Shown here: positions 1 to 9,940 of the stretch, in pieces
Layout: the number at the start of each line of letters is the position of its first letter
Numbering within the stretch: the stretch's first letter is position 1
NCBI GenBank assembly: GCA_016190825.1
Contig: JACPPV010000032.1
Coordinates: forward strand, 4,364-68,363
DNA from: Chloroflexota bacterium
Lineage (GTDB): Bacteria; Chloroflexota; Dehalococcoidia; Dehalococcoidales; UBA2162
Reading direction: 5' to 3'
DNA: 64,000 bases
Notes under the pieces: generated by a model
The model's input: the letters and a program-made list of their open reading frames with translations, nothing else
The model's database searches: none
Told to the model about the DNA's origin: nothing
Position numbers and translations under genes: made by a program

Positions 1-107
1 GAGGGCCTGGACATAAGATTGGCGGAAACCAGGGCTTGTGGGCAGAGAATAGAAATCGCAGTAATCGCACTTTTTCACGCAGAAAGGAACATGAATATAG
101 ATCCCTC

Positions 108-1907
108 TCACTCATCCTCCATTTTCAACAACAGCAAGAAAGCCTCCTGCGGGACCTCTACAGAGCCCACCATTTTCATTCGCTTCTTGCCTTCCTTCTG
201 CTTTTCCAGGAGTTTCCTTTTTCGGGTAATGTCACCGCCATAGCACTTCGCCAGGACGTCCTTCTTAATGGGAGCGATGTCTTCGCGGGCGATTACTTTA
301 CCCCCGATGGCTGCCTGCAGTGGTATCTCAAAAAGATGACGGGGAATGACTTTTCTCAGTTTATGTATGAGCACTCTGGCGCGGGCAATGGCACCATCGC
401 GCACCGAAATGAAAGACAGGGCATCGGTCTGATTGCCTTTGACCAGTACATCCACTTTCACCAGATCGCCCGGGCGATAGCCGGCGAAATCATAGTCCAT
501 GCTGGCATATCCGCGGCTGACGCTCTTTAGTTTGTCATAGTAGCCGGTGATGATCTCAGCGAGCGGTAAATCATACGTGAGCAGCGTCCGCCTGCTATCC
601 GGATATTCCAGGGACACCATCGTACCGCGCTTCGATTCAGATAGCTCCATGCATGGTCCCACCAGGTCCGTCGGCACAATGATCTGTGCCCTTATTATCG
701 GCTCTTCGATACGGTCAATGGCGTTGGGAGCCGGAAAGCGGGAAGGGTTGTCAATCATGATGAATTCTCCATCAGAGGTAAACACCTTGTAGAGCACTGA
801 CGGCATGGTGGCGATGAGCTCCTGTCCGTACTCCCGCTTCAGTCTCTCGATAGTGATTTCCATGTGAAGCATACCCATAAATCCGAGACGGTAACCGTGC
901 CCCAATGCCGCCGAGCTCTCTTTCTCAAATGAAACGGAAGAATCATTGAGCTGGAATTTCTCCAGGGCGAGGGTCAGCTTAGGGAAATCGTTGCTATTCA
1001 CCGGATAGATTCCACAGAATACCATGGGCTGGGAGCGCCGGGACCCTGCAATCGCCGTGGTTTCCGAGTGCTCAGGTGATATAATGGTATCGCCCACATG
1101 GATATCCCCCACCTCTCTGATGGTGGCGCCGACATAGCCCACCTCTCCAGCCGTCAGTTGCTCGCACGGAGTAAGCTGCGGCTCGAAATACCCCACCTCA
1201 TCAACATCGAATACCCTTGAAGTCGATTTCACCATAATATGGTCGCCGCGGCGCAAACTGCCGGAAAATACGCGTATGTGAGGTATTACCCCGCGGTACG
1301 CGTCGTAATATGAATCGAAGACAAGGCATTGTAACGGCTCAGCAGCATTGCCCCGGGGCGGCAGGACCCTGGATACGATGGCCTCTAATAGCTCCGGAAC
1401 ACCCGCTCCGGTCTTGGCTGAGATCAATAAGGCATCCTTTCCTGGCAAACCAAGCATATCTTCAAGCTGCCGGCGGCATTCGTCTACCATGGCCCCAGGA
1501 AGGTCTATCTTGTTGATGACCTGGATGATCTCCAGCCCCGCATCGATTGCTAAATAGGCGTTGGCAATAGTCTGAGCCTCGACTCCCTGTGACGCATCGA
1601 CAAGCAAAATAGCGCCTTCACAGGCCTTCAGGCTCCTTGAGACCTCATAGTTAAAGTCCACATGCCCCGGTGTATCGATGAGGTTCAGAATGTAATCGTC
1701 ACCATTCCTGGAGCGATAGGGCATTCTTACAGCTTTCGCCTTGATGGTGATACCCCGCTCACGCTCAAGTGCCATGCTATCCAGGACTTGCTTGTTGTCA
1801 GTGGTGTGAATTACGCCGGTCAACTCGAGCATACGGTCGGCGAGGGTTGATTTGCCATGGTCGATGTGCGCAATAATACAAAAGTTTCTTATGTTATCCA
1901 TACACAA
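108..1907 (-). CDS. lepA: Elongation factor 4 (LepA)
   Basis: [29 protein letters not shown]-terminal [25 protein letters not shown]. Confidence 0.98.
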   Translation of the reverse strand: MCMDNIRNFCIIAHIDHGKSTLADRMLELTGVIHTTDNKQVLDSMALERERGITIKAKAVRMPYRSRNGDDYILNLIDTPGHVDFNYEVSRSLKACEGAILLVDASQGVEAQTIANAYLAIDAGLEIIQVINKIDLPGAMVDECRRQLEDMLGLPGKDALLISAKTGAGVPELLEAIVSRVLPPRGNAAEPLQCLVFDSYYDAYRGVIPHIRVFSGSLRRGDHIMVKSTSRVFDVDEVGYFEPQLTPCEQLTAGEVGYVGATIREVGDIHVGDTIISPEHSETTAIAGSRRSQPMVFCGIYPVNSNDFPKLTLALEKFQLNDSSVSFEKESSAALGHGYRLGFMGMLHMEITIERLKREYGQELIATMPSVLYKVFTSDGEFIMIDNPSRFPAPNAIDRIEEPIIRAQIIVPTDLVGPCMELSESKRGTMVSLEYPDSRRTLLTYDLPLAEIITGYYDKLKSVSRGYASMDYDFAGYRPGDLVKVDVLVKGNQTDALSFISVRDGAIARARVLIHKLRKVIPRHLFEIPLQAAIGGKVIAREDIAPIKKDVLAKCYGGDITRKRKLLEKQKEGKKRMKMVGSVEVPQEAFLLLLKMEDE

Positions 1908-2145
1908 TGAATATTATCATGATTGCGGCTTTCCGAGCAAAGCGTGCGGCCGTAGCGGCTGATACGTCACTGACAGCAACATCACCCACCGGTTTCTGGA
2001 GGGACAATGCCATCCGTTCAATTAACGATTGATATGTTTAGCATGTCGCCCTGCGTCTTCAAAAGCATTAGCAATGAACCAACGGCACTAGCCGTCCACG
2101 TCTGTTCGGGAAGGTTGTCATAAGTGGGAATTCGCCAAAATAAAT

Positions 2146-2192
2146 TGGTAGCCCCGCATTGGAAGCATTCCGGACTGGTCTTTGAGAAGAAG
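2146..2192 (+). repeat. Direct repeat copy 1 (47 nt), att-like
   Basis: TGGTAGCCCCGCATTGGAAGCATTCCGGACTGGTCTTTGAGAAGAAG; differs from 3078-3123 by 1 indel and 2 substitutions. Confidence 0.9.
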
Positions 2193-2219
2193 GGGCTAAT
2201 TCCGGCGCTGCAGCAGGTA

Positions 2220-2912
2220 CTAAGTGAGAGAAGTCTTGCTCCAATCGGAATCGACATGCAGCTTGAACGTCTCAGACTTAGAGGCGCCGTTTTCCGGAAA
2301 TACCGTCAGTTTTATCTTGTAATCCCCTTCGTAGAATGCATCTTCGCCTCGTAGAGCAGGACCGAGGGGCATCGCGAAAACTTCGTTAGTTCCCGCCCAA
2401 GTAGTCAAAGGTCCCCATTTATTGTCCACTACTCCAGAACGGGCTGTGCTCGCCACGCTTGTATCGTCAATCACCGTGGCTAGTATAGCAGTACCTCCCC
2501 TCGGGGGTATCGTGTGCCTGTCCTCGACCCTCGGGGCAATCCAAATTAGAGCTTTCGGTTCAGGAGACGGAGCTGGGCAGCTTTCCCCATTCTTCTCTGG
2601 TCTTTTTAACACTCTCAGTTCTAAAGTGCAGTTTCTTGCTGGCGCAAAGCCCGTATTCTTGACAGGTAACCTTAGAAAATGCCATGTGGCCCCTCCCCTG
2701 TCAATCATTTTTTTAGAGTCTTTCCAAATGCCTTTCTTATCGAATGACACGAGCGAAACGTTTACGAAATGGTTGTAAAAGGCAATTGCGGACACTGGCC
2801 ATGCGCCTAAGAAGGCAGCAACATATATTGGCTCGGTGAAACGGTATAGAACCAAGATGACAACGATGGGTAAAACTACCCCGGTTCCAATAAACAGCCA
2901 AAATCTCTTCAC
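2220..2912 (-). CDS. Hypothetical membrane protein (two N-terminal TM helices)
   Basis: 230 aa ORF, hydrophobic N-terminus, GAGG SD, more AT-rich than its neighbours, lies between the direct repeats. Confidence 0.75.
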   Translation of the reverse strand: MKRFWLFIGTGVVLPIVVILVLYRFTEPIYVAAFLGAWPVSAIAFYNHFVNVSLVSFDKKGIWKDSKKMIDRGGATWHFLRLPVKNTGFAPARNCTLELRVLKRPEKNGESCPAPSPEPKALIWIAPRVEDRHTIPPRGGTAILATVIDDTSVASTARSGVVDNKWGPLTTWAGTNEVFAMPLGPALRGEDAFYEGDYKIKLTVFPENGASKSETFKLHVDSDWSKTSLT

Positions 2913-3077
2913 AGAAATCCACCTCTTGGTAGATTATACGATATGAGTGTCCGCAAGATGAAGTTGTAGTGAGCCAGATTAGATAATATAATTTCCAACG
3001 GCTGAATTCAGAAAATGGATGGTCTGTGGGAAGGAGAATTATTTGTGGCTAATTTGAGGTAATGATATTACCAAAGA

Positions 3078-3123
3078 TGGTAGCCCGCATTGGAAGCATT
3101 CCGAACTGGTGTTTGAGAAGAAG
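3078..3123 (+). repeat. Direct repeat copy 2 (46 nt), att-like
   Basis: TGGTAGCCCGCATTGGAAGCATTCCGAACTGGTGTTTGAGAAGAAG. Confidence 0.9.
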
Positions 3124-3142
3124 CTTCTTGACGAGGGCGCTT

Positions 3143-3709
3143 TCAGCCATTTACCTCTCCTTTCATCCGTACCGTCAGTTTTACCAGGTTCTCCACCAGC
3201 TCCTTGATCAGCTTTCTGCCTACCTCGTCAGTGAACCGGCCGTTTTCATCCACCTTTTTGTCAGCCTGGCCGACAAACACCTCCGGCCGGGTCACCGGAG
3301 TCATGTTTAAGAAAATGAAACATTGCCTCAGGTGGTACTGCGCCCTGGCTCCGCCGAGCATGCCGATTGACGCGCTCATGATTGCTACCGGTTTGCCATC
3401 AAAGGCACTGTCTCCGTAGGGACGCGAAGCGCAGTCTATGGCATTCTTGAGAACTCCCGAGACCGAGTAGTTGTACTCCGGCGTGGCGATGAGGATGGCG
3501 TCGGCTGCTCTTATCTTAGATTTGAACTCTGCGACCCTTTGCGGAGGAGTCATTTCCAGATCCTGGTCAAACAGCGGAATCCCTTCGAGGTCAAAAATCT
3601 CCAGTCTTGTGTTCGGGGGCAGCACTTCTCCGGCGGCACGGAGTATGGCTTTGTTGTATGAGCCTTTGCGCAGGCTGCCGGCAAAACCGAGAATGGTTAT
3701 TTCACTCAT
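3143..3709 (-). CDS. NAD(P)H-dependent FMN reductase (ChrR/SsuE flavodoxin-like family)
   Basis: GSLRKGSYN and ATPEYNYSVSGVLKNAID motifs; GGAGG SD. Confidence 0.93.
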   Translation of the reverse strand: MSEITILGFAGSLRKGSYNKAILRAAGEVLPPNTRLEIFDLEGIPLFDQDLEMTPPQRVAEFKSKIRAADAILIATPEYNYSVSGVLKNAIDCASRPYGDSAFDGKPVAIMSASIGMLGGARAQYHLRQCFIFLNMTPVTRPEVFVGQADKKVDENGRFTDEVGRKLIKELVENLVKLTVRMKGEVNG

Positions 3710-3863
3710 TTTTGGCCTCCTTTCCGGTCAGGGTTCCCCTGACAGGGCAGTTCATAATAAGAAATTATAGCATACCCCTTGACTAATGAGCCTGCCTGCC
3801 TTAATCTTGCTTAAGCCGCATACAGGGGCAGTTTTCTGGCGGCATTCAAAGGAGACATTCATT

Positions 3864-4613
3864 ATGGTGTGGTTCTACGCACTGGGCAGCGTAGTGTTGG
3901 TCAGCGTTATCTCTTTTGTTGGGATATTCTTTCTGTCAGTGGACAGGGCGAAACTGAACCGGATGCTTCTTATCCTGGTAAGCTTCGCCATTGGTGGACT
4001 TACCGGGGACGCCTTCATCCATCTCATTCCCGAGGCTTTTGAAGAACTGGGGACCGGCCTGTCCACCTCTCTTTTTATTATTGTTGGAGTGCTTATTTTT
4101 TTCAGCGTGGAGAAATTCATCCGGTGGCGCCACTGTCATATTCCCACTTCCGGAGGTCATGTGCACCCCGTAGCTACCTTGAATCTTATGGGGGAGGCGG
4201 TACACAACTTCATTGACGGGGTCCTCATTGGCGCCACCTACCTGGTGAGCATCCCTCTCGGCCTAACGACAACCCTGGCGGTCATACTGCACGAAATACC
4301 GCAGGAAGTAGGCGATTTTGGCGTCCTTGTCCACGCCGGGTTTCCGGTCAAGAGAGCGCTTTTTTACAACTTCATGGTCGCTCTCACAGCAGTATTTGGA
4401 ACGGTTCTTGCCCTCGCCGTGGGTCCGGTGCTGAAGTCATTTTCCCTTATCATGATCCCAATTACCGCCGGCGGCTTTATTTACATTGCCGGCGCCGACC
4501 TCGTCCCCCAGGTGCAGGAAGAATGCGGCAGCGCCGGCATCAGTTTTTCTCATTTCAGCGCCATTGTCCTCGGCATTGCCCTCATGGCCGCGCTGGTCCT
4601 GCTGGAAGGGTAG
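3864..4613 (+). CDS. ZIP family metal (Zn) transporter
   Basis: HNFIDG and LHEIPQEVGDFGVL motifs, His-rich loop; start moved to ATG 3864 after AAGGAG. Confidence 0.92.
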   Translation: MVWFYALGSVVLVSVISFVGIFFLSVDRAKLNRMLLILVSFAIGGLTGDAFIHLIPEAFEELGTGLSTSLFIIVGVLIFFSVEKFIRWRHCHIPTSGGHVHPVATLNLMGEAVHNFIDGVLIGATYLVSIPLGLTTTLAVILHEIPQEVGDFGVLVHAGFPVKRALFYNFMVALTAVFGTVLALAVGPVLKSFSLIMIPITAGGFIYIAGADLVPQVQEECGSAGISFSHFSAIVLGIALMAALVLLEG

Positions 4614-4630
4614 AAGCCGGTCAGCAATAC

Positions 4631-4834
4631 CTGGTACCTAATTGCATAAAAAGGCGTCACAGTGAGACCGTTTGCCCCCGTATCAAGTACGGGGCAGGCT
4701 CTGAGACTGTCGAAGGACGCGCAGGTGGTTTCATTCAGCTTCGCTCCCTCAACTTCGTTCGGGACAGGTCAGGACGGGCTACCTCACCATGAACGGCGCT
4801 TATTAGTAGGCTTTCTTGCACAATTAAGTACTAG
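4631..4834. mobile_element. MITE-like element with imperfect terminal inverted repeats enclosing nested palindromes
   Basis: Ends CTGGTACCTAATTGCATAAA / TTGCACAATTAAGTACTAG; related copy at 31378-31534. Confidence 0.6.
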
Positions 4835-5982
4835 GCATGTGATGGGCGGACGATTGGAAGGCGGAAGGAGAAGGTACTGCCTTTGCCGTGGGTGCTTTCG
4901 GCCCGGACTTCTCCACCCTGACTCTCAACAAGCTGTTTGACGATCGCCAGGCCCAGCCCGGAGCCGCCGGTACTCCTCGTGCGCGAGCGGTCTACCCGGT
5001 AGAAGCGGTCGAAAACGTGGGACAGATCCTCCGCCGGGATACCGGTGCCGGTGTCAATTACTGATACGGTCACAGCGCCGGCACCGGAGTGGAGCTTTAC
5101 GGTGATACTGCCGCCTTCCGGGCTGTATTGCATGGCATTGTTCAGAAGATTACGCAGGACCTGGGAAGTGCGCTCGGGATCCGCCCACGCTTCGGGCAGT
5201 TCCTTCGGAGCCTCAAGCTTGACGGACTGCTTCCTGGCGGTAAGCTGGGTCTGAAATCCATCAATAACCTGGGATGATAATACTTTCAGGTCGGCAGCCT
5301 GCAACTCAAACTTGAGTTGGCCGGCATCAGCCAGGGAGAGCGTCCGCAGGTCATCAACAAGCCTCGCCAGAAGCAGCGTTTCCTGGTGAAGTGAAGACAG
5401 GTTGTCTTTGTCCGGGGACAGAACGCCATCCAGCATTGCTTCAACGTTGCCCCTGAGCACGGTCAGGGGCGTCCGCAGTTCGTGGGCGATATCGGCGATC
5501 ATATTGCGCCGTAGCTCCTGATCACGTTTCAGGGCCACCGCCATCGAGTTGAATGATTGGCCAAGCTCCTCCAGTTCTCCTGAGCCGCCGATGTCTACCT
5601 TCTGGCTGAAATCGCCCCGGGCTACCCGCCCTGCCGCCGCCGAAACCTTCCCCAGTGGAGCTACGATCAGACGGGTAAACAGAGCGCCGAGCAGTATTGC
5701 TACGATAACCCCGGCTGTTCCGGCGATCCATAACGTTTGCCTGAGATTACCCAGGAAATCGCCTGCCGCCTGAGTCAGGGTGACACCGCCCATCATATCC
5801 GTCATCATGCCTGCTCCCATCATGCCCTCCATAGATTCCATATGGCTAAGGAAGGTGTTAAACTCGCTCGAGGTAGAGCGGTATGCCAGCATGGCCACCA
5901 TGACCACGCCGAGGACGGCAGCCACCACAAAGGCGGCAGTCAGCCTGGTGGAGAGGCGATTGAACAGCGGAAATCTAGCCAT
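4831..5982 (-). CDS. HAMP sensor histidine kinase (BaeS/CopS-like) with Met-rich sensor loop
   Basis: AHELRTPL H-box, NLLNNA, DTGTGI, GSGLGL; loop HMESMEGMMGAGMMTDMMGG; start moved to ATG 5982. Confidence 0.93.
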   Translation of the reverse strand: MARFPLFNRLSTRLTAAFVVAAVLGVVMVAMLAYRSTSSEFNTFLSHMESMEGMMGAGMMTDMMGGVTLTQAAGDFLGNLRQTLWIAGTAGVIVAILLGALFTRLIVAPLGKVSAAAGRVARGDFSQKVDIGGSGELEELGQSFNSMAVALKRDQELRRNMIADIAHELRTPLTVLRGNVEAMLDGVLSPDKDNLSSLHQETLLLARLVDDLRTLSLADAGQLKFELQAADLKVLSSQVIDGFQTQLTARKQSVKLEAPKELPEAWADPERTSQVLRNLLNNAMQYSPEGGSITVKLHSGAGAVTVSVIDTGTGIPAEDLSHVFDRFYRVDRSRTRSTGGSGLGLAIVKQLVESQGGEVRAESTHGKGSTFSFRLPIVRPSHA

Positions 5983-6682
5983 GCTGAGGTTCCTCGAGTT
6001 TATAGCCGATGCCGTGCACGGTAACGATATTGCAGCCTTCCCGGCCGTCGGCGGCACCGAGCTTGCGTCGGAGGTTCTTGATATGGACGTCTATGGTGCG
6101 CTCATAGCCTTCGTAGGTCTCGCCCAGGGCGCTGTCGAGAAGCTGTGCCCGGGAGAAGACCCGTCCTGGGGACCGCGCCAGAGCGGCCAGGATGTGGAAC
6201 TCGGCCGGAGTCAGCGCCAGCGGGTGTCCATGGCAGGCTGCCTCAAAACGCTCCTCGTCCAGCACCAGCTCGCCCAGCACCAGCCGTGACGGCGAAGGAA
6301 GGGGTACGGCATAAGGGCGGGAGCGGCGCAGAACGGCGCGGACCCTGGCTACCAGTTCCCTCGGGCTAAAAGGCTTGGTAATATAGTCATCAGCGCCGAG
6401 CTCAAGACCAACCAGCTTGTCCGCATCCTCACCGCGTGCCGTGAGCATGATTATTGGGACGTCCGAAGAGCGGCGTATCTCCCGGCAAACCTCCAGACCA
6501 TCCATCTCCGGGAGCATGATATCAAGGATGATGAGGTCGGGGATTTCACGCCGGAAAGCCTCCAGGGCACGGCGCCCATCGAGGGCATCGCTTACCTGGT
6601 AGTCCTCGCGCTCAAGGTAGGTGCGTACCAGGCTGACTATCTTCGGCTCGTCATCAACGACAAGAATCTTTCCCCTGGACAT
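5975..6682 (-). CDS. OmpR-family response regulator
   Basis: ILVVDDE, LDIMLP, GADDYITKPF, winged-helix C-terminus; overlaps the kinase start; start moved to 6682. Confidence 0.95.
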   Translation of the reverse strand: MSRGKILVVDDEPKIVSLVRTYLEREDYQVSDALDGRRALEAFRREIPDLIILDIMLPEMDGLEVCREIRRSSDVPIIMLTARGEDADKLVGLELGADDYITKPFSPRELVARVRAVLRRSRPYAVPLPSPSRLVLGELVLDEERFEAACHGHPLALTPAEFHILAALARSPGRVFSRAQLLDSALGETYEGYERTIDVHIKNLRRKLGAADGREGCNIVTVHGIGYKLEEPQHG

Positions 6683-6824
6683 AGCAGGCTCCTGCCTCCA
6701 GTAGAGCATACAACAGCCGGACAGAGAAGTAAAATTGGAAAACTGAGAGTGTTTAATCATAGCGAGCACATTCCCCTTCAACACAGTCTACACTGAACGT
6801 AGCGAATGTGTTGAAGAGGGTCAG

Positions 6825-6995
6825 TGCCTGCCCCGTATCCCGAATCAAGTACGGGAAAACTCTGATATGAGGTAAAACTCCGCGTGGCGATCTCAATACC
6901 TGTCCTGAGCGATTTATCCCGAACGAAGTTGAGGGAATCCTAAGGAAATCCTAGAGATTGCCTCGTCCCGATTTCATCGGGAATCGCAAGGACAA
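6825..6995. repeat. Cluster of nested REP-like palindromes
   Basis: CCCCGTATC..AAGTACGGG, GTGGCGATCT, AGATTGCCTCG-TCCCGATTTCATCGGGA-..GCAAGGACA. Confidence 0.7.
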
Positions 6996-7023
6996 AATGG
7001 GTTGCTAAACGCTCTCAAAACTG

Positions 7024-7404
7024 TCAGACGCTCTCAATAGCCTTCTTCAGCTTGCTCTCCACCTGCTCGGCAAGGCCGGCCAGTTTTTCGTTCTTCACCA
7101 CGCCCATGGTGACCGTGGGGCGGGTGGCGACGACAAATGTTTTGCCGCCATCCTCATAGACTATCACGTTGCATGGCATGACCAGCCCGATGTTCCGCTC
7201 GGCCTGGAGCGCCTGGTAGGCGAAGGGCGGATTGCATGCCCCGAGGATGACGTATTTATCGAAGTCCACATCGAGTTTCTTCTTCAGGGTCTCTTTGACA
7301 TTGATTTCGCTGAGGATGCCGAAGCCCTCATTCTGAAGCTCGGCCTTGACCTTTTCGACAGCGTCCTCGTAGGAAAGTGCTACCTGTCTCTTATTGCCGT
7401 ACAT
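7024..7404 (-). CDS. DUF302 domain protein
   Basis: GFGILSEINV, ILGACNPPFA, IGLVMPCNVIV motifs. Confidence 0.9.
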   Translation of the reverse strand: MYGNKRQVALSYEDAVEKVKAELQNEGFGILSEINVKETLKKKLDVDFDKYVILGACNPPFAYQALQAERNIGLVMPCNVIVYEDGGKTFVVATRPTVTMGVVKNEKLAGLAEQVESKLKKAIESV

Positions 7405-7495
7405 GTCTTTTCCCCTTCATTCTTTGCGTTATCGGGTCAAAAGCCGGGGGCACGCGCTGCATGCCCCCGGTGTCTCATTCATCCTTGCCGGCCAT

Positions 7496-7855
7496 TTACC
7501 AGCCCATCATGCCGCGGCCCGTGCCGCCACCCATCATCCCACCATTTCCCATCATGTCCTGCATACCGCCGTTGCCCATCATGCCGCCTGTTCCATGCAT
7601 GCTTTGATGGTCCATGTCCCCCATGACAGCATCGCATTCCTCATACATGCTTTCGTGGTCAACGTCTTCCATCACGATAGCACATTGAGCATGTTGCACA
7701 TCCGTAGGAGGGGCTCCCATAATGGGAACTGTGCCTCTGGGTGGGGTTGAGATTCCAGCAAAGGCAGTGCCCAACAGGGGAGTGCCGATGATGACTCCTG
7801 CGGCAAAAGCCAGTACGATGGCCGCTATCAATAGTATCTTCCGGGTTCCAAGCAT
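7496..7855 (-). CDS. Exported Met/His/Gly-rich protein (putative metal binder)
   Basis: Signal/TM N-terminus, repeated D(V/M)DH(E/Q)SM, GGMMG repeats; AAGGAGG SD. Confidence 0.8.
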   Translation of the reverse strand: MLGTRKILLIAAIVLAFAAGVIIGTPLLGTAFAGISTPPRGTVPIMGAPPTDVQHAQCAIVMEDVDHESMYEECDAVMGDMDHQSMHGTGGMMGNGGMQDMMGNGGMMGGGTGRGMMGW

Positions 7856-8000
7856 TTATGACCTCCTTAATTTTATTTTATTTTGAGCATTTCCTGCTCT
7901 CATGATTAATGCTATCAGGCTCTTATGTAGATGGTATCAGCAAAGTATGAAGAAATTATGTGGTTTTCCGGAGAGGGTGACAGAATCGCGTAGTGTTATT

Positions 8001-8019
8001 AGAACTCTTGTGCTACTAT
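8001..8019 (+). promoter_or_regulatory. LexA-like box overlapping an extended -10 upstream of the terminase pair
   Basis: AGAAC-TCTT-GTGCT (1 mismatch to AGAAC-N4-GTTCT); TG-c-TACTAT at 8011-8019. Confidence 0.55.
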
Positions 8020-8051
8020 TTGTCATTGATACGGCAGGCGGAGATAAAGCG

Positions 8052-8414
8052 ATGGAAGACGAAGAAAAGAAAAAAAGGGGCGCGCCGAAGGGCAACCAGA
8101 ACGCCCGGAAGCATGGTTTTTACTCCCGGGTCCTTGACGAGAAGGAGCGGGCTGACTTCGAGATGGCCACCTGCGTGGAGGGCATCGATGGCGAGATAGC
8201 CCTGCTGCGGGTAAAGATAAAATCGCTTGTGGAGCGGGACCCCGAGAATATGCGGCTCATCATGCAGGCAATAAATACGCTAGAAAGGCTGGTCAGAACG
8301 AAATACAGCATTGGCAAGGAAGACAAGAAAGGACTGAGGGGCGCCGTCGCCAACGTCCTCAAAGATATTGCTTTGCCGCTGGGTATCGGCGTGGGAACAG
8401 CGCTCAAGAAATAA
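8052..8414 (+). CDS. Putative terminase small subunit-like protein
   Basis: GAPKGNQNARKHGFYS motif seen in phage TerS N-termini; directly upstream of TerL. Confidence 0.7.
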   Translation: MEDEEKKKRGAPKGNQNARKHGFYSRVLDEKERADFEMATCVEGIDGEIALLRVKIKSLVERDPENMRLIMQAINTLERLVRTKYSIGKEDKKGLRGAVANVLKDIALPLGIGVGTALKK

Positions 8415-8508
8415 AGTAGCAAGGGTCAATCATCAAGTGTCAAGCCCCCTTTTCTACGGCGTTTGTTACTTGTGACTCGGCAATTGACACCTTTCTCCGG
8501 AGGCACTT

Positions 8509-9894
8509 ATTAATCCTCAGATCAGTCAGCTTCGTCCTTACCAGCAGGAGGTAGCCCTGGCGGTCCTGGACAGCGTCTTTGGCCGCAAGGGACTTACCTT
8601 TTCCGTGGAGATTGCCCGGCAGGGCGGCAAAAATGAGCTCTCCGCCCAGCTTGATCTCCTGCTGCTCACTCTCCACATGGCGCAGCCTAAGAACCTGGTG
8701 AAGTGCGCGCCTACCTTCAGGCCGCAGGCAGTTATTTCCATGGGCCGGCTAAAGGACCGCCTGAATGATGCCGGCTTTGACGGAATATGGACAGCCGAGC
8801 TTGGTTACATCATCCGGCTGGGCGCCGCCCGGGCGATTTTCCTCTCCGCCGATCGGTCAGCCAACGTCGTCGGACATACTGCCCATCTCCTGCTTGAGAT
8901 AGACGAGACGCAGGACGTGGACAAGGAAAAGTATGCCAAGGAATTCAAGCCGATGGGGGCAACTACCAACGTGACCACCGTGCTGTATGGGACAAGCTGG
9001 GATGATTCCACCCTTCTCGAAGAAATGAAGTACACGAACCTGGGGTTGCAGAAGCGGGATGGTATCCAGAGGCACTTCCGCTTCGACTGGCAGGAAGTTG
9101 CCAGATACAATCCCGATTACCTTGCCTACGTAGAAGGGGAAAAGGCGCGCCTGGGAGAAAATCATCCTCTGTTTCTGACGCAGTACCGCCTCATGCCCAT
9201 CCATGGCGGGGGCGGCTTTCTGTCCCCGCAACAACGGGCGCAGCTCCAGGGGGAACATTCCAGGAAGAGCCGGCCAGAGCCGGGGAAGGTTTATGTAGCC
9301 GGAATTGACCTTGCCGGGGAGGCGGAGGAAGGGGAAGGTGCCCGTTTGAGGGCGCTCAAGCCGCAGCAGGATTCCACCGTGGTTACCATCGGCGAAGTAG
9401 AATTTCCCGGCGGCGTTATGGCGCAAAAACAGCCGGCGGTCAAGATTGTGGAACACTACTGGTGGACGGGCAGGAAGCACACCGAGCTATACCCGCAGCT
9501 GGTGGATATCCTGAAAAACGTCTGGCGCTGCCGGCGGACAGCGGTGGATGCCACCGGAGTCGGGCAGCCGGTCGCGTCTTTTCTGAAGGAAGCGTTAGGC
9601 ACGATAGTGGTCCCCTTCACCTTTACACAGCCATCGAAATCTGAACTGGGGTTTAACCTGCTGGCGGCGGTCAACTCCGGCCGACTGAAGATGTATACCG
9701 GAGATGGATCGTTGGAGTACCGTGAGTTCTGGTCTGAAATGGAGAAAGCGCGGAGCCACTACCGTCCCAGCCAGACGATAGACTTCTACGTCGACCCGAC
9801 GCAGGGCCATGACGACTTCCTGATGAGCCTGGCGCTGCTGGCCGAGGCCGCCGGCAACTATTCGCCAAGGAGCGCGAGGGGAACAAGAGTTTGA
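8509..9894 (+). CDS. Phage-type terminase large subunit
   Basis: Q motif LRPYQ (8530), Walker A ARQGGKNE, Walker B LLEIDETQD, nuclease GIDLAG / DATGVG / HDDFLMSLAL; start extended upstream of the track's 8605. Confidence 0.88.
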   Translation: MNPQISQLRPYQQEVALAVLDSVFGRKGLTFSVEIARQGGKNELSAQLDLLLLTLHMAQPKNLVKCAPTFRPQAVISMGRLKDRLNDAGFDGIWTAELGYIIRLGAARAIFLSADRSANVVGHTAHLLLEIDETQDVDKEKYAKEFKPMGATTNVTTVLYGTSWDDSTLLEEMKYTNLGLQKRDGIQRHFRFDWQEVARYNPDYLAYVEGEKARLGENHPLFLTQYRLMPIHGGGGFLSPQQRAQLQGEHSRKSRPEPGKVYVAGIDLAGEAEEGEGARLRALKPQQDSTVVTIGEVEFPGGVMAQKQPAVKIVEHYWWTGRKHTELYPQLVDILKNVWRCRRTAVDATGVGQPVASFLKEALGTIVVPFTFTQPSKSELGFNLLAAVNSGRLKMYTGDGSLEYREFWSEMEKARSHYRPSQTIDFYVDPTQGHDDFLMSLALLAEAAGNYSPRSARGTRV

Positions 9895-9918
9895 CACCTC
9901 CCCCTTTCCAGCTATAAT
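9891..9918 (+). promoter_or_regulatory. sigma70 promoter of hom
   Basis: TTGACA-16-TATAAT. Confidence 0.8.
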
Positions 9919-9940
9919 ATACCCTGTTGGATGGAGAGCT

